64,000 nt of DNA, taken from positions 4,216,001 to 4,280,000 of the forward strand of contig NC_058368.1 of the NCBI RefSeq assembly GCF_018350175.1, read 5' to 3'. Source of the stretch: Felis catus. Its lineage: Eukaryota. How positions within the stretch are numbered: position 1 is the first letter of the stretch; each line of letters starts with the position of its first letter. Position numbers and translations under genes: made by a program. Positions 1 to 11,386 of this stretch are shown piece by piece. The notes below the pieces were generated by a model. That model did no database searches. It had not been told where the DNA came from and worked only from the letters and a program-made list of their open reading frames with translations.

Positions 1-223
1 AAAAAGACCTCATTCAGGGAATACAGAGGAGAATCAGGTTTATTGATTTATTTGTCCACTGACTTGTTCAGAAAGTGATTTTTCTTCCTAAAGTGAAAAT
101 TAAATCGGCCTCACTCAGCATTAACATTGACATTCAGTGCTTATATGAATAACACTGATAATGTTGCTGCTTTCTTGCAAAAAAAAAAAAAATGTGATGA
201 ACTTACTTTAAAATAACGTTTTT

Positions 224-382
224 GGGAGGCACCTGGGTGACTCAGGTGTCCGACTTCAGCTCAGGTCATGGTCTCACGATCTGTAGGTTTGAGCCCTGCA
301 TCGGGCTCTGTGCCAACAGTTCAGAGCCTGGAGCCTGCTTCCGATTCTGTGTCTCCCTCTCTCTCCCCGTCTCCCGCTCACC

Positions 383-438
<56 letters not shown>

Positions 439-449
439 AATAAAAAAAT
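224..449 (+). mobile_element. Felid CanSINE (SINEC_Fc type)
   Basis: tRNA-derived head, (CT)n tract, A-rich tail; flanking direct repeat ATAACGTTT (213-221, 450-458). Confidence 0.92.
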
Positions 450-479
450 ATAACGTTTGGGAAACTTTTCTTTTTTCAG

Positions 480-590
480 GCATGTAGAGTGATTTGCGAA
501 ACAGGAGACTGTCGACAACAAGAATACAGGGATGGGTCTGGAAATTGCGTTCTCTGCAAGCAATGTGGGCCAGGCATGGAGCTGTCTAAG
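480..590 (+). CDS. TNFRSF19: TNFRSF19 (TROY) coding exon: end of signal peptide and start of CRD1, ACRVICETGDCRQQEYRDGSGNCVLCKQCGPGMELSK
   Basis: Acceptor ttttttcAG (478-479) and donor AAG|GTAGGT (591). 111 nt, phase 0-0. Translation matches recalled TNFRSF19 (GDCRQQEFRDRSGNCVPCNQCGPGMELSK). Not in the ORF track. Confidence 0.96.
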
Positions 591-734
591 GTAGGTATCG
601 GGTGCATGGAGAAGGGGTAGATCTGTGTTTTTAAAACACATTCTTTCTGGCTAGATTCTTTTAGTTAATTACTAGTGAAGATTTGACACCATGAGATAAT
701 TCTTGGATCATTAGGTTACTTTTTTTAATTTTTT

Positions 735-945
735 GGGGGGGGGGGTGCGTCTGGTGGCTCAGTGGGTTAATCATCTGACTTCAGCTCAGGTTATGATCTC
801 ATGGCTCCTGAGATCAAGCCCCGCATTGGGCTCTGTGCTGATGGCTCAGAGCCTGGAGGCTGCTTCGGATTCTGTGTCTCCTCCTCTCTCTGCCCCTCCC
901 TGGCTCACACTCTGTCTCTCTCTCTCTCAAAAATAAATAAACATT
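735..945 (+). mobile_element. CanSINE nested in the tail of the adjacent minus-strand SINE
   Basis: SINE body with AAATAAATAA tail; lies between the two TAGGTTACTTT repeats of the outer element. Confidence 0.9.
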
Positions 946-1151
946 TACTTTTATTTTTAGTTTATTTATTTTGAGAAAGAGCTGATGAACAGGGGAGGGA
1001 CAAAGAGAAAGAGGGAGAGAGAGAATCCCAAGGAGGCTCCGTGATGTCAGCACAGAGCCCGACTCGGGGCTCAGTCTCACAAATCGTGAGATCATGACCT
1101 GAGCCGAAATCCAGAGTCAGATGCTTACCTGACTGAGCCACCCAGGCGCCC
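946..1151 (-). mobile_element. CanSINE
   Basis: Ends gagccacccaggcgccc; TSD TAGGTTACTTT at 712-722 and 1157-1167. Confidence 0.9.
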
Positions 1152-2454
1152 GTCCCTAGGTTACTTTAGCCAAAGACTGCACAACTCTCTTTCCAATACC
1201 TTTGATTCATATGTCTTACTGAGATAAAGGAAGTAGGTTCCAATAATTAGAATTTAATACATGTTTTATGTAATTTGTGTTATCGTATTTCGTTGAAAGA
1301 ATAGAATGATTAAGGTGTATTTGCATTAATTAAAAAGAATCGATGTTTACTAAAGATTTAAAAAGAAAGGAGTGATAAGAGAAAATGCTAGTGATACCTT
1401 CTCTTCCTGGACCTTCTTTTTCTTAAAATGAATATTCCCATTGCTGGTCCAAAAGTAGCACCTACAGTAACCACGTCCCATGGTAGCAGTTACTTTCCAA
1501 ACCAGGGTTTTTCACATTCTTTTGACAACGTGCATGATTGTTAGTCTCCCCATGTTGGGTGTATGTTATTCCCAAGATCGTTTTAAATATATTCACCTTG
1601 ACCACTGTGTGTTAAGAAGCATATTTCAGAATCGTGGATATTCTCACTGCCTTCCTCTTTTATGGGCATGTTTGGAGCTAAACATCCATTTGCTTTATTT
1701 TCTGACCTTTTGAAGATGTTACTAGTTGTGGACAATTGGTATCTCATTTTGTTCTAAATCCTCAGTCTTCCTCGCAGAAAAGGAACAAAAGGTTTTTCTT
1801 TTTACTTAGAGTGACGTTCCAAAGAGCAGTCCTTTTCCCCTACAGACTGCCCTCCTTTAGTGTGGAGTCTTGTCACGCATAGAGTTTTGACCAGTGATCT
1901 ACAACCAGCAGGAAACAAAGTGTCATGCGTTCCCCAACTGATTCCCGGTGGATGGCTTTCCTCTGCTTGTTGTGTTAAGTGAGTGGTGCCTTTTAGTACC
2001 CAGGGGCTTTTACATTTGGATTGAAGCTGGCCGACCTTCGGATCCTGTGTTATGTTGACTGTAGCATTTCCACCGCTGGTATTTTTCAGTCCCTGTTGAT
2101 TGTAGTAAGGTGCATTTTCAGGTGGGTTTTGTTGTGTTGGGCGGACAGGGGTTCTTTGGAGCCAACTGAAGGTCTGGGATCAGTGTGTAACGTAGTTTAC
2201 AAATGCAGACAGTGCCCGAGAGGAAAATAGGTGATGAAGTTGCTACCCCTCAGAGGTTCCTCTTTTCCCAAATCTCTGGGCAAATCTGAGTGAAATGTCA
2301 CAGATGCTGAGAGACGTATAAGACATTTTCGAGAGGCTGCTTCCTTTCCTTCATCCTTTGAATTTAGAAAATATAACCTCCAAGTAATTTCTGGGCAATC
2401 AGACCAGACGATGAAGGTTCTATGAGTTCTGAATTTTTTTTTTATTTAGTATTA

Positions 2455-2671
2455 AAAAAAAAACTTTTTAAATGTTTATTTATTTTGAGATAGAGAGAGT
2501 GTGTGCGAGCATGAATGGGGGAGGGGCAGAGAGAGAAGACAGAATCCGAAGCAGGCTCCAGGCTCTGAGCGGTCAGCACGGAGCCCGACGTGAGGCTTGA
2601 ACTCATGAACCGTGAGATCATGACCCGAGCCGAAGTCGGACGCTTAACCGACTGAGCCACCCAGGCGCCCC
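2455..2671 (-). mobile_element. CanSINE
   Basis: Full reverse-complement SINE body. Confidence 0.92.
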
Positions 2672-3309
2672 TTTAGCATTTTTATCTAAGCTGTTTTATT
2701 AAAAATTTTTATTTAAAAACACCTAACTTTCTAATTGAAAAAATAGGATGAAGGTCCTATCAACTCTGATTTTTTTTTTTTTTAATAATCCATCTACTGA
2801 GATGATCTGGTGGTAGTTTTTCTATTTCGTAATTTTTCATGGATTTCCAGAGGAAATGTTTTTCTCTAGGTAGTAATTTCCCCCAAGTGTTGAAATAGGC
2901 GTTCAACCCTCTGACACTGGAATCAACCAAAGGGAAGCCATCTGAATAGTTCTGCCTTTATTACTTAGTGTATTTGTTAATATTTCTGTTTCACTATTTA
3001 CTATCATTTTCTTCATTTAAAAAAGACCAGGACAAACTGAGTGAGAAAGAATAAAACTAAAGGCAATATGTCACTGAAAACTTAGGGTAAGACCCACGCG
3101 GGTGCGCAAATGTTACAAATGTATACGCCATGTCCCTGCACAGCCTGGGGTGTCCACCTTGAGGGTAGGAGTCTGGAGCTGACCTTGGCTTCCACCCCTG
3201 CTTAGCTTCTAGCAGGCAGAGTATACCTTTGCTAAAGGAGTGAGCAAGTCAGTCAACCTCAGATAGTTTTGGGGAGAAAAAGTGACACTTAAATCTTGTA
3301 TTATAAAAG

Positions 3310-3312
<3 letters not shown>

Positions 3313-3356
<44 letters not shown>
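3313..3356. repeat. (GT)22 microsatellite
   Basis: Read directly. Confidence 0.97.
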
Positions 3357-3359
<3 letters not shown>

Positions 3360-4412
3360 AAATTATGTATTTTGCCAAGTGTCTTATCTTGGTTTTAGCT
3401 TCTAGTAAATAAAGTTCCCAACTTAGCCTTGCTTATGGCCTAAGGGAGCAAAGGAGTCAAACACGTCATTGGAAGTATATATATTTGTTTCCTAGTTAAC
3501 TAATCAAGACAAAGAGCTTGAGTTTTTAATAAGCAATCACCTTGGAGCCAGAAGTTTCTAAACTGTCCATTCATGATTTTACAGTTTCTTCTTTCTGGGC
3601 TGCCTTGATTAGGTCTTCTGTAATAACATACATCTTTCAGAGGAAATAAAATTAAGTTCTGAGTATATTAAAATCAGATAAATCACTTAAATTAGCAAAT
3701 ATATTCAACAGGTTAGTCATGATGTCCAAGTTTTACATTTCTGGCTAAGAGTAAGCTTTTTTTTAAAAAAATAGTGAAATATTTATAAATAATTGAATTG
3801 TTTTTTACTTCTTTCACGAAATGTAAGTTTGGATACCTGTTAATCTGTAATGAGATGACTAAGTTCAGTAGTCCTTAGCTTTTTAACTGAGGGTTAAAAT
3901 TTTGGTTACCTGTGGTGCTTGAAATTTTGAATGCCCAATAAACAGTAAATATTTTAAAGTGAGTTATTAAAAAGTAGGAAAGCTGAATCAAATTACTGAT
4001 AATCACAACTAAAGTTTTCTTTACATTAAGGGTAAAAAAAAAAAAGTGCATTTTCACCAGACAGGAAAGCTTTCAAATAACTATTATTCTAACATTATTA
4101 AGTTAATTGTTTTGCTGTAGTAAACATAACTTAAACTTGATGTCCATTTTCTAATATCATTTGTCTCTACCCAAAATACCAAAAGACTGGGTCATGAGGT
4201 TCTTCAAGTTATAAACGTGTTTATGTCTTAAACCTGAAGCCTGGAAATACTCTGGGTAAGCAGGTAGAGTTAATATTTCCATCTGTGGCTTTATTACTCC
4301 TAATGATTATTTTCTTTGGAATGCATTCAATTCTGGTTTGTTTTTTGTTTTCCTCAAGATGCCTGGGCTGACTTTCCCATTGTCAGGTCTCTGCCATTTA
4401 AAACATGTAGTT

Positions 4413-4622
4413 GGGGGGCGCCTGGGTGGCGCAGTCGGTTAAGCGTCCGACTTCAGGTCACGATCTCACGGTCCGTGAGTTCGAGCCCCGCGTCAGGCTC
4501 TGGGCTGATGGCTCAGAGCCTGGAGCCTGTTTCCGATTCTGTGTCTCCCTCTCTCTGCCCCTCCCCCGTTCATGCTCTGTCTCTCTCTGTCCCAAAAATA
4601 AATAAATGTTGAAAAAAAAAAA
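4413..4622 (+). mobile_element. Young CanSINE
   Basis: CpG-intact body; long direct repeat TTTAAAACATGTAGTTGGG at 4397-4415 and 4623-4641. Confidence 0.95.
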
Positions 4623-4839
4623 TTTAAAACATGTAGTTGGGTTTGGGGGAAGTTACCGGAATAGCATTCCTGGAGACAGTATGCTTTTTGGTACACCTGT
4701 CATGTGTGGTCAGTGGTTCCTCTGACCTCTTTTCACTTCCTTTCAATTATTAGATAGTAAGAAGTCTGCACAGAAGCTCCAGGCTCAATAATAACTATCG
4801 TTGCTTGTTTAGATTGAGACCCTTCCCTTTGCTACCCAC

Positions 4840-4886
4840 TTTTTTTTAAGTTTATATATTTTGAGGGGGGGATGGGGGGGGAGAGA

Positions 4887-4937
<51 letters not shown>

Positions 4938-5036
4938 AATCCCAAGCAGGCTCCATGCAGAGCCCAACGTGGGGCTGAAACTCACAAACCACGAGATCAT
5001 GACCTGAACTGAAACCAGATGCCCCCAATTAGCCAC
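4840..5036 (-). mobile_element. Degenerate CanSINE with (GA)n tract
   Basis: gagaatcccaagcaggctcc...gagatcatgacctga motifs. Confidence 0.85.
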
Positions 5037-5189
5037 TTTTTAAATGATTACCTAGTTTAACCTTTCACCCAGGATACTTTGGGTTATGTGCATGAAAAGG
5101 ATTTCTTGTAACAAATATGCACTGCCTCTCAAATATGCTTTTAGTTGTTATTCTGCAATACATATCATGCAACCAATAGGTATTAGCTA

Positions 5190-5360
5190 GTGTTTATTAT
5201 AATGAGCCAGGTTCTATGTGATATTTATATATTAACTACTGGAGTCCTTTTAACATATGTCTTAAATAGGGGGTATAACGCCTCCTGTCTTATAGATGAG
5301 GAAACAGACACAGAGATGGTTAGTGGATCAGTCCATTGTCACCGTCAGTAAGTGATGTGC
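5190..5360 (-). mobile_element. MIR fragment (similar fragments near 13420-13570, 17080-17200, 17580-17780, 18020-18200, 41630-41830, 58570-58800)
   Basis: MIR core-like motif ttatagatgaggaaacagacacagag. Confidence 0.6.
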
Positions 5361-5424
5361 TGGGAGAAGGCGGTGGGGCCACATGGGAGTGATGGTCTTT
5401 TTCTCATTTTGAATAATGCTCGAG

Positions 5425-5645
5425 TACGGTGCTACGGTCGAATTCGCTGCGATGACGGAATGGTCTGTGTCTCCACTGGCCAACACGGGGGTTACTAGCC
5501 GCTTGAAATGTATTCATGAACACCTGAAAGGTGGCTTGTGTCACCGGAAGCACTGGGTTTTACATTTTATTGCGTTGTAATTGATTCAATTTGAGTTTTG
5601 CCACACGCAGTTGTGGCTGTCGTATTAGACACTGCAGCTCTAGAG
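5425..5645. mobile_element. MER3-like hAT-Charlie non-autonomous DNA transposon
   Basis: Resembles recalled MER3 consensus (tgcgatgacggaa...actagcc...ttgaaatg...gtattagacactgcagctctag). Confidence 0.7.
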
Positions 5646-7669
5646 TGGTGAACGTTCCTCCCAAAATTCTGGTCCAGGACCGACTTCTAAAACAAAGGGA
5701 TCTCCAAATCATGTTGACCTCATGCTTGTGCATTCCAGGAGCTGCCTTCCTGGTCAGCCTTCTTCCTCCCCTTCCTCGTCTGAGCAGCCCCGGGCCCGGC
5801 CACCGCTCTCCAAACACCCACCTGCTTCTGCTTCTGTTTGGTCCGGCCACATGGGCGTCCTGGGTACGGCTCTTCACACCGGGTGGTGCCCTCTGTGTCC
5901 CCCTCTTGTGCCTTCTGAGCTGTCTTCCGGCCTTAGCTCTTTTGGTTTCCAGTTCTTTCCCTGAAAGCCCCAAGCATCCTGGCTACTCAGTCATGCAGGC
6001 TCGCGGGTCGTCTTTCTGTGTCTTTGGAAAAGTGTAGCACAGGCCATGGAGCCGAGCGGGGTCGGCTTTGAGGACGCTCGCCCATGGAACCATAGTCGCT
6101 TCCTCTTCCGTGACGGGGCTTAGGTTTCAAAAGTGTATGAGGAAGAGAATTGATAATGCCTTCTTCCTACTTCTGAGGCAAAAAAATACAGACTGTTGTT
6201 TTCATAGCTCCATAAGCGGTACATGCTGGACGTTTGGAGCCACGAATGCGCACAGGAGAGCTACACGGCTGGCCTTGCGGCTCACGAAAATAAGCAGCTT
6301 GGCGATACGTGGGAGAGGATGACTTTTGTTTCCCCCGAGTGACCACATTGGCCTTTTACTTCTTACCGTCTAGAATCTGCGCGGCCACAGCCCCTCCTCC
6401 TCAGCGAGTATTATTGCCAACAATGTGCTTTTAACATGATCGCCTCCCAGCAGTAAACCAGGAAACTAGTTTTTGCATGAACCACTTGAAATAGTCTTCA
6501 AGCTTCTGGCACGGTTTTCAAAGGAAGCTTTTCTAACCAATTATTGGGAGGACTTTTGCTAATGTGAAAAAATGAATTCTCGTAAACAACAACACACTTG
6601 GCTCCCCACGGGTGCGTGCCCGGCTTCCGATTTTTGAAGACATCTACTTTTTGGAAAGCTGTTTTCGTCCCCATGAAGAAAGTCACACATGCACACAAAA
6701 AAAAATTAAAGTAATTTGCAAGCATGAAAAAGATTCATTTCTGCCATTTAATTACAGTGTTGCTCACTTTATTTCTGTTTAATTATACCTAATCGAGCCC
6801 AGCGGTGTTTGGCAGATATTAGCAAGCTCTAGCTTGTAATTTTTCTTTAAAAAACTCAGTTACAGATTTTCATAAACTGGAAGTTGGTGGAGGTGGGGGG
6901 GGGGGCGGGAACTGTCTTTGGTGTTGTTTTATTAAAGGAAATTAAAAAGCTGATTTCTAAATACCAGGCACATAAATCTAATTTGTCATATCCATTTGCA
7001 TGCGCTAGACTTTCTCTACGAATAACTTCTTCTCGGTCCAGATTTGAGCTTTTAAAGTTCAAAGAACCAAAGTTAATAACTTACTGGCTTGCTTTCCAAG
7101 TGAATAGTGCTTTCGACCCGAGGCCCCCCGAATGTGCTTCCTGGCCAGTCGATGGTCTGTGAGCGTCTCCCCTCTGTCTGGGGAGCTGCTCCTGGAGCGT
7201 GTAGGTGGGATCCACTTGTGTTTTTGCTAAGTGCTGAATTTGCAGAGGGCGAAGAGAGAGAAGGGGATTTGAGGACTGTTTACTCTGAGTCGTTTTGCCA
7301 CTGGAAAGCCACCAAATGTGGCTTAAAAATATTGGGCAGGGTGTCAGAGCTCCCGCTGCCGCCAGCTTGGGTGGAAATGGCCCAGCTGGACGCAGCCCTT
7401 CTCCTGCCTTGGAACCAAGATAAGGAAGCCGCTCACACACACACACACACATCCCACGCCGCCCACCTGCACCAGCCCACACGGTCTACGTGGCCTTACC
7501 ACGTGGGACACTGCCGTGGCCTCTGTAGGCTAGCGCTGCCTACAATAAAGCAATAATGATACTACTAATGAAACAACAACAACTTAGGAAATGGTGCCTT
7601 CAACCATACTCGTTCATCCATTGTTTGGTCAGCAAACATTGCTGTGTTACTCACCGGCCTGGTATGCGT

Positions 7670-8110
7670 TGTTAAAGAAGAAGGTATTCCATGGCACTTT
7701 TTAAGGATGGCAAGGCAGGCTTTAGGGATGGAGGGGGACGGCCACAGTGGGATTTTACAGTGGAGGGGGGAGCCAGGGGGCTCCGTCCCCATGCAGCATG
7801 AGCTCACGGGAATGGATCGCCAAGGAGCAAGGGGCAGCGGGTAGAAGATCGCTGAGGGGAAGCAGCCGGGGGCAGGGGGGGCCTGGCCAACGCAAATGTA
7901 ACAACTCTCTGCTGGAGATGATAAGCCAGGGTGACCGAGCTTCAAACGGAGGAGGAGGAACGTGAGCAGATGTTAAGGGTGGGTGGTTCTGGTGCAGCTG
8001 ACGGAGCAGAGCATTTGCTAAGGCTGGATTTTGTAAGGAGGTACACAGATGGGCCCAGAGGAAGGTCAAGGATCCTGGCTGAAGTTTGGTCAGGCGAAGA
8101 AGCTTCATAA
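7670..8110 (-). mobile_element. ERV1-class LTR, MER67/MER31-like
   Basis: Begins TGTTAAAGAAG and ends ...cctggctgaagtttggtcaggc..., resembling the reverse complement of recalled MER31/MER67 consensus. Confidence 0.65.
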
Positions 8111-8604
8111 GTACCATGTACTCTGAGAGGCTCTGGGGAGAGAGTGGTGGAGGGAGGCGTCAGATACTGGGGATTGTTCTCTTACTGTAGAATTTGGGGA
8201 AATAGGTAGGACTCCTATAGCTGTGCTTTATTTATTTGTTTGTTTATTTATTTGCAATGTTTTTTTTTAATGGGTTATTCTTCACGTGTATATTTTCCCA
8301 CCTCCAAGCTCATTAATAAAAAAGGTTCCCCAGGGACTCCGGGACATCGTAAGTATTTCTCCAAAGGTACCAAGTCGTAATTTCAAAACTAAAGACTCTA
8401 GGATTATGTTAAAGGCTAAACGCATTTCTACCACTGATATGAATGGCCAGACCGCGCACCATAAAAATAAAAGTCGTATCTCTAATGCGGACACCCAGGC
8501 TGATGACTAACGCCCCCACTCCCGTCCCGGTCCCCTCCCACGTATCCTCCCTCACCAAACACACATGTGGTCCTTCCAAGGAAATGGTGAGAGGGAGGGC
8601 TCTA

Positions 8605-9077
8605 GTTGTGACCTGGGAAGTTTCAGAGAACCACAGCAGGACAGAGGGGAAAGCCATAAAAACAGACTTCGCTCAGGAACTATCGCAATAGGGAAAGAGA
8701 GGCCTCAGTATGGAACTGGGCTCAATTCCAAATACAACATGAACAAGAGGGGATTTTAGCCAAGGGGCCAGGTGGGGGGCAGTGGACGGAAAATTCCTAA
8801 GAGGAAACATCAGGGGAAAGGGGATTGTGGCTAAAGCAGACCTAACGGGATTCTTGCTGAAGGCAGGCCAGGGTGGCCAGAGGGTGGAGGGGCAGGAAGC
8901 AATTTGACCAGGTGTGGAGGGTGAGCAGATAGGAGGGTAGGGGATTCTGGCTAACCAGGCACAGGAGCCTCAGACAACGGGCTCTTGAGCACAAGGCCCG
9001 AGGTTGGGGCCTAACTGGGAAGGCAGCTCCCAGGAGCCCGTGAAGGCTGCTCAGAAAGCTCAGCGGGGCCCCAGTCA
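8605..9077 (-). mobile_element. ERV1-class LTR, MER31-like
   Basis: ggaaaattcctaagaggaaacatcagggg...ggattcttgctgaaggcaggccagggtg matches the reverse complement of recalled MER31; ends ...gtca. Confidence 0.75.
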
Positions 9078-9502
9078 GCACGGCCAGCTTACTCTCTTTT
9101 CTGAGGACTCTGTGTTTTCCCTCACCACAAACCCATTCCTACCATTTCTTTTCTCCCCAGCGGCAGTATACTAGCCTGCTGGGGAAAACCGCACGCCTAG
9201 GGGAGTTGCCCCCTTTCTACCCAAAAGTAATGGAGGGAAGGCCCAAAAGATGGCATGCTGTTGTCATCCGCGGCAGAGTTAGGCCACTGACCAGGGCCCG
9301 CGTACTTCAGCGGACGCCCACGGCTGCCCCCTCCGTCCTGGCACTTGGGGTGCAGGGTGAGTGGGCTCCAGCGGAATGGATTCAGCTGTAGCCGCACCAT
9401 GGCGGGCTCTCCATAGGCAGACGCGGAGAGCTCTCCGAGACGCACCGAGGGGGGGAGACTGAAAAACTAGCTGCGGAAGAGCGTGTTAAAACACACGCAC
9501 GC

Positions 9503-9727
9503 GGGGGCGCCTGGGTGGCTCGGTCGGTTAAGCGGCCGACTTCGGCTCAGGTCATGATCTCACGGTTCATGGGTTCGAGCCCCGCGTCGGGCTCTGTGCT
9601 GACAGCTCAGAGCCTGGAGCCTGTTTCGGATTCTGTGTCTCCCTGTCTCTGTGACCCTCCCCCGTTCATGCTGTATCTCTCTCTGTCTCAAAAATAAATA
9701 AACATTAAAAAAAAAAAATTAAAAAAA
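9503..9727 (+). mobile_element. CanSINE
   Basis: Full body; TSD-like aaaacacacgcacgc / aaaacgcgcgcacgc. Confidence 0.93.
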
Positions 9728-10344
9728 CGCGCGCACGCGGAAGACATTGGGATGTTTCCGGGAGGTTCTCCCAAAAGCTGGTGGCAGTGTTTGCCTGTGT
9801 GGAGGGAACGGGACGTGAGACCAGGGATGGGAAGGAAGGTGCACTGTTTGATTTTTTTTTTTTAATACAAATCTTGTGTGCGGTGGAAGTTTTTCAGCAT
9901 AAAAAGGGATGAAAAGACAGCAGAAACAGTCACTGGCCCTAGGGGAGTGGACACAGGGTTACAAAGGCACAGTCTCAGTGCTCTCTCAGCAGTGTTACTC
10001 TGGGTGGGAGGCTGGGGGGCCATTCTCTACGCCGGTTGGCCTTTTTCCTTTTTCTCTCGCTGGTTATTTATTGAACTTAATGGGAAAGGTTTCAAGGCAT
10101 TTTAACCACCTACTTTTACTGAATGAAGTAAAAACATCAAAGTAGACATTTATATTGGGGGGTAATTTAATGTTTATATGCTGTTTACTTTATAGCCTGG
10201 ATTTCAAATAATTGCAGGGTCTCTGTGTTTATGGTGCTTTAGAAATAAGACAATTAGCTCTAAAAGCGATTGCTGCCATGGACACCATGCTATCACTTAA
10301 TTCCTGGGAAATATCTTCTCTGAATTTCTGGTTAATTCAAGATT

Positions 10345-10650
10345 TCTGGGTTTTTTGTTTTTTGGGTTTTTTTTAGTATAATTTATTGTCAAGTTAGCTA
10401 ATGTACAGAGTATACAGTGTGCTCTTGGCTTTGGAAGTAGCTTCCCATGATTCATTGCTTCCATCCAACACCCAGTGCTCATCCCAACAAGTGCCCTCTT
10501 CAATGCCCGTCACCCATTTTCCCCGCCCCCCCATCAACCCTCACATTGTTCTCTGTATTTCAGTCTCTTATGGGTTTGCCTCCCTCTCTGTTTGAAACTG
10601 CTTTTCCCCTTCCCTTCCCCCATGGTCTTCTGTTAAGTTTCTCAAATTCC
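10345..10650 (-). mobile_element. 5'-truncated carnivore/felid L1 3' end
   Basis: Poly-T tail, tttattgtcaagttagct, caacacccagtgctcatcccaacaagtgccct typical of the felid L1 3' UTR. Confidence 0.85.
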
Positions 10651-11071
10651 TCTCAAATACAGAACGATCGCTTCATAAGTTTCTTAGACCATCATGAAGT
10701 GCAAGCATGTTTTAAAAGTTTAAAAATAATATTAGGTCGGTGTTTTAATGTTGTCTTTCAAAAAATGACAAATACTTTAGAGAAAATATATTTTAAACTG
10801 AATTCCTTCAAATAATCAATCTCTGTATAAAGGTTCCTAGGAGACCATATGGTTCACTGTACCTGTTCAGTACATTTAGGTATTATTTTGTGATCAACCT
10901 CTCACCTAAATCTACTCCAAAATTACTATTGTTGCCAGTAAAACATGTAAAATCTAAGCAGAACTAGTAAATTAATATCCAGACAATGAAGGCAAAATCA
11001 TGATGCATTAGGAGCCTGGCTTTGTTGTTTTTTTCTATATGTAATTTGGTCCAATATAGAATGGACTAGAA

Positions 11072-11386
11072 AGGAGCACCTGGCTGGCTCAGTCCCTGGG
11101 GCATGCGACTCTTGATGTTGGGTTCATCAGTTCAAGCCCCACACTGCGTAGAGATTACTTAAAAAATAAAATCTTGGGGTGCCTGGATGTCTCAGTAGGT
11201 TGAGCGGCCGACTTCGGCTCAGGTCACATTCTCGCGGTCTGTGAGTTCGAGCCCCGCGTTGGGCTCTGTGCCAACAGCTCAGAGCCTGGAGCCTGCTTGG
11301 GATTCCGCGTCTCCCTCTCTCTCTGCCCCTCCCCCATTCATGTTCTGTGTCTGTCTCAGAAATAAATAAGCATTAAAATTTTTTTT
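11072..11386 (+). mobile_element. Older short CanSINE (11072-11175) with a second CanSINE (11176-11386) inserted in its tail
   Basis: Two SINE heads; TSD AAATAAAATCTT at 11164-11175 and 11387-11398. Confidence 0.88.

Noticed and set aside
224..320. tRNA-like A/B box sequences (tggctcagtcggtt...gttcgagccc) at many sites
   Set aside because: These are tRNA-derived SINE heads followed by SINE body and tail, not tRNA genes.
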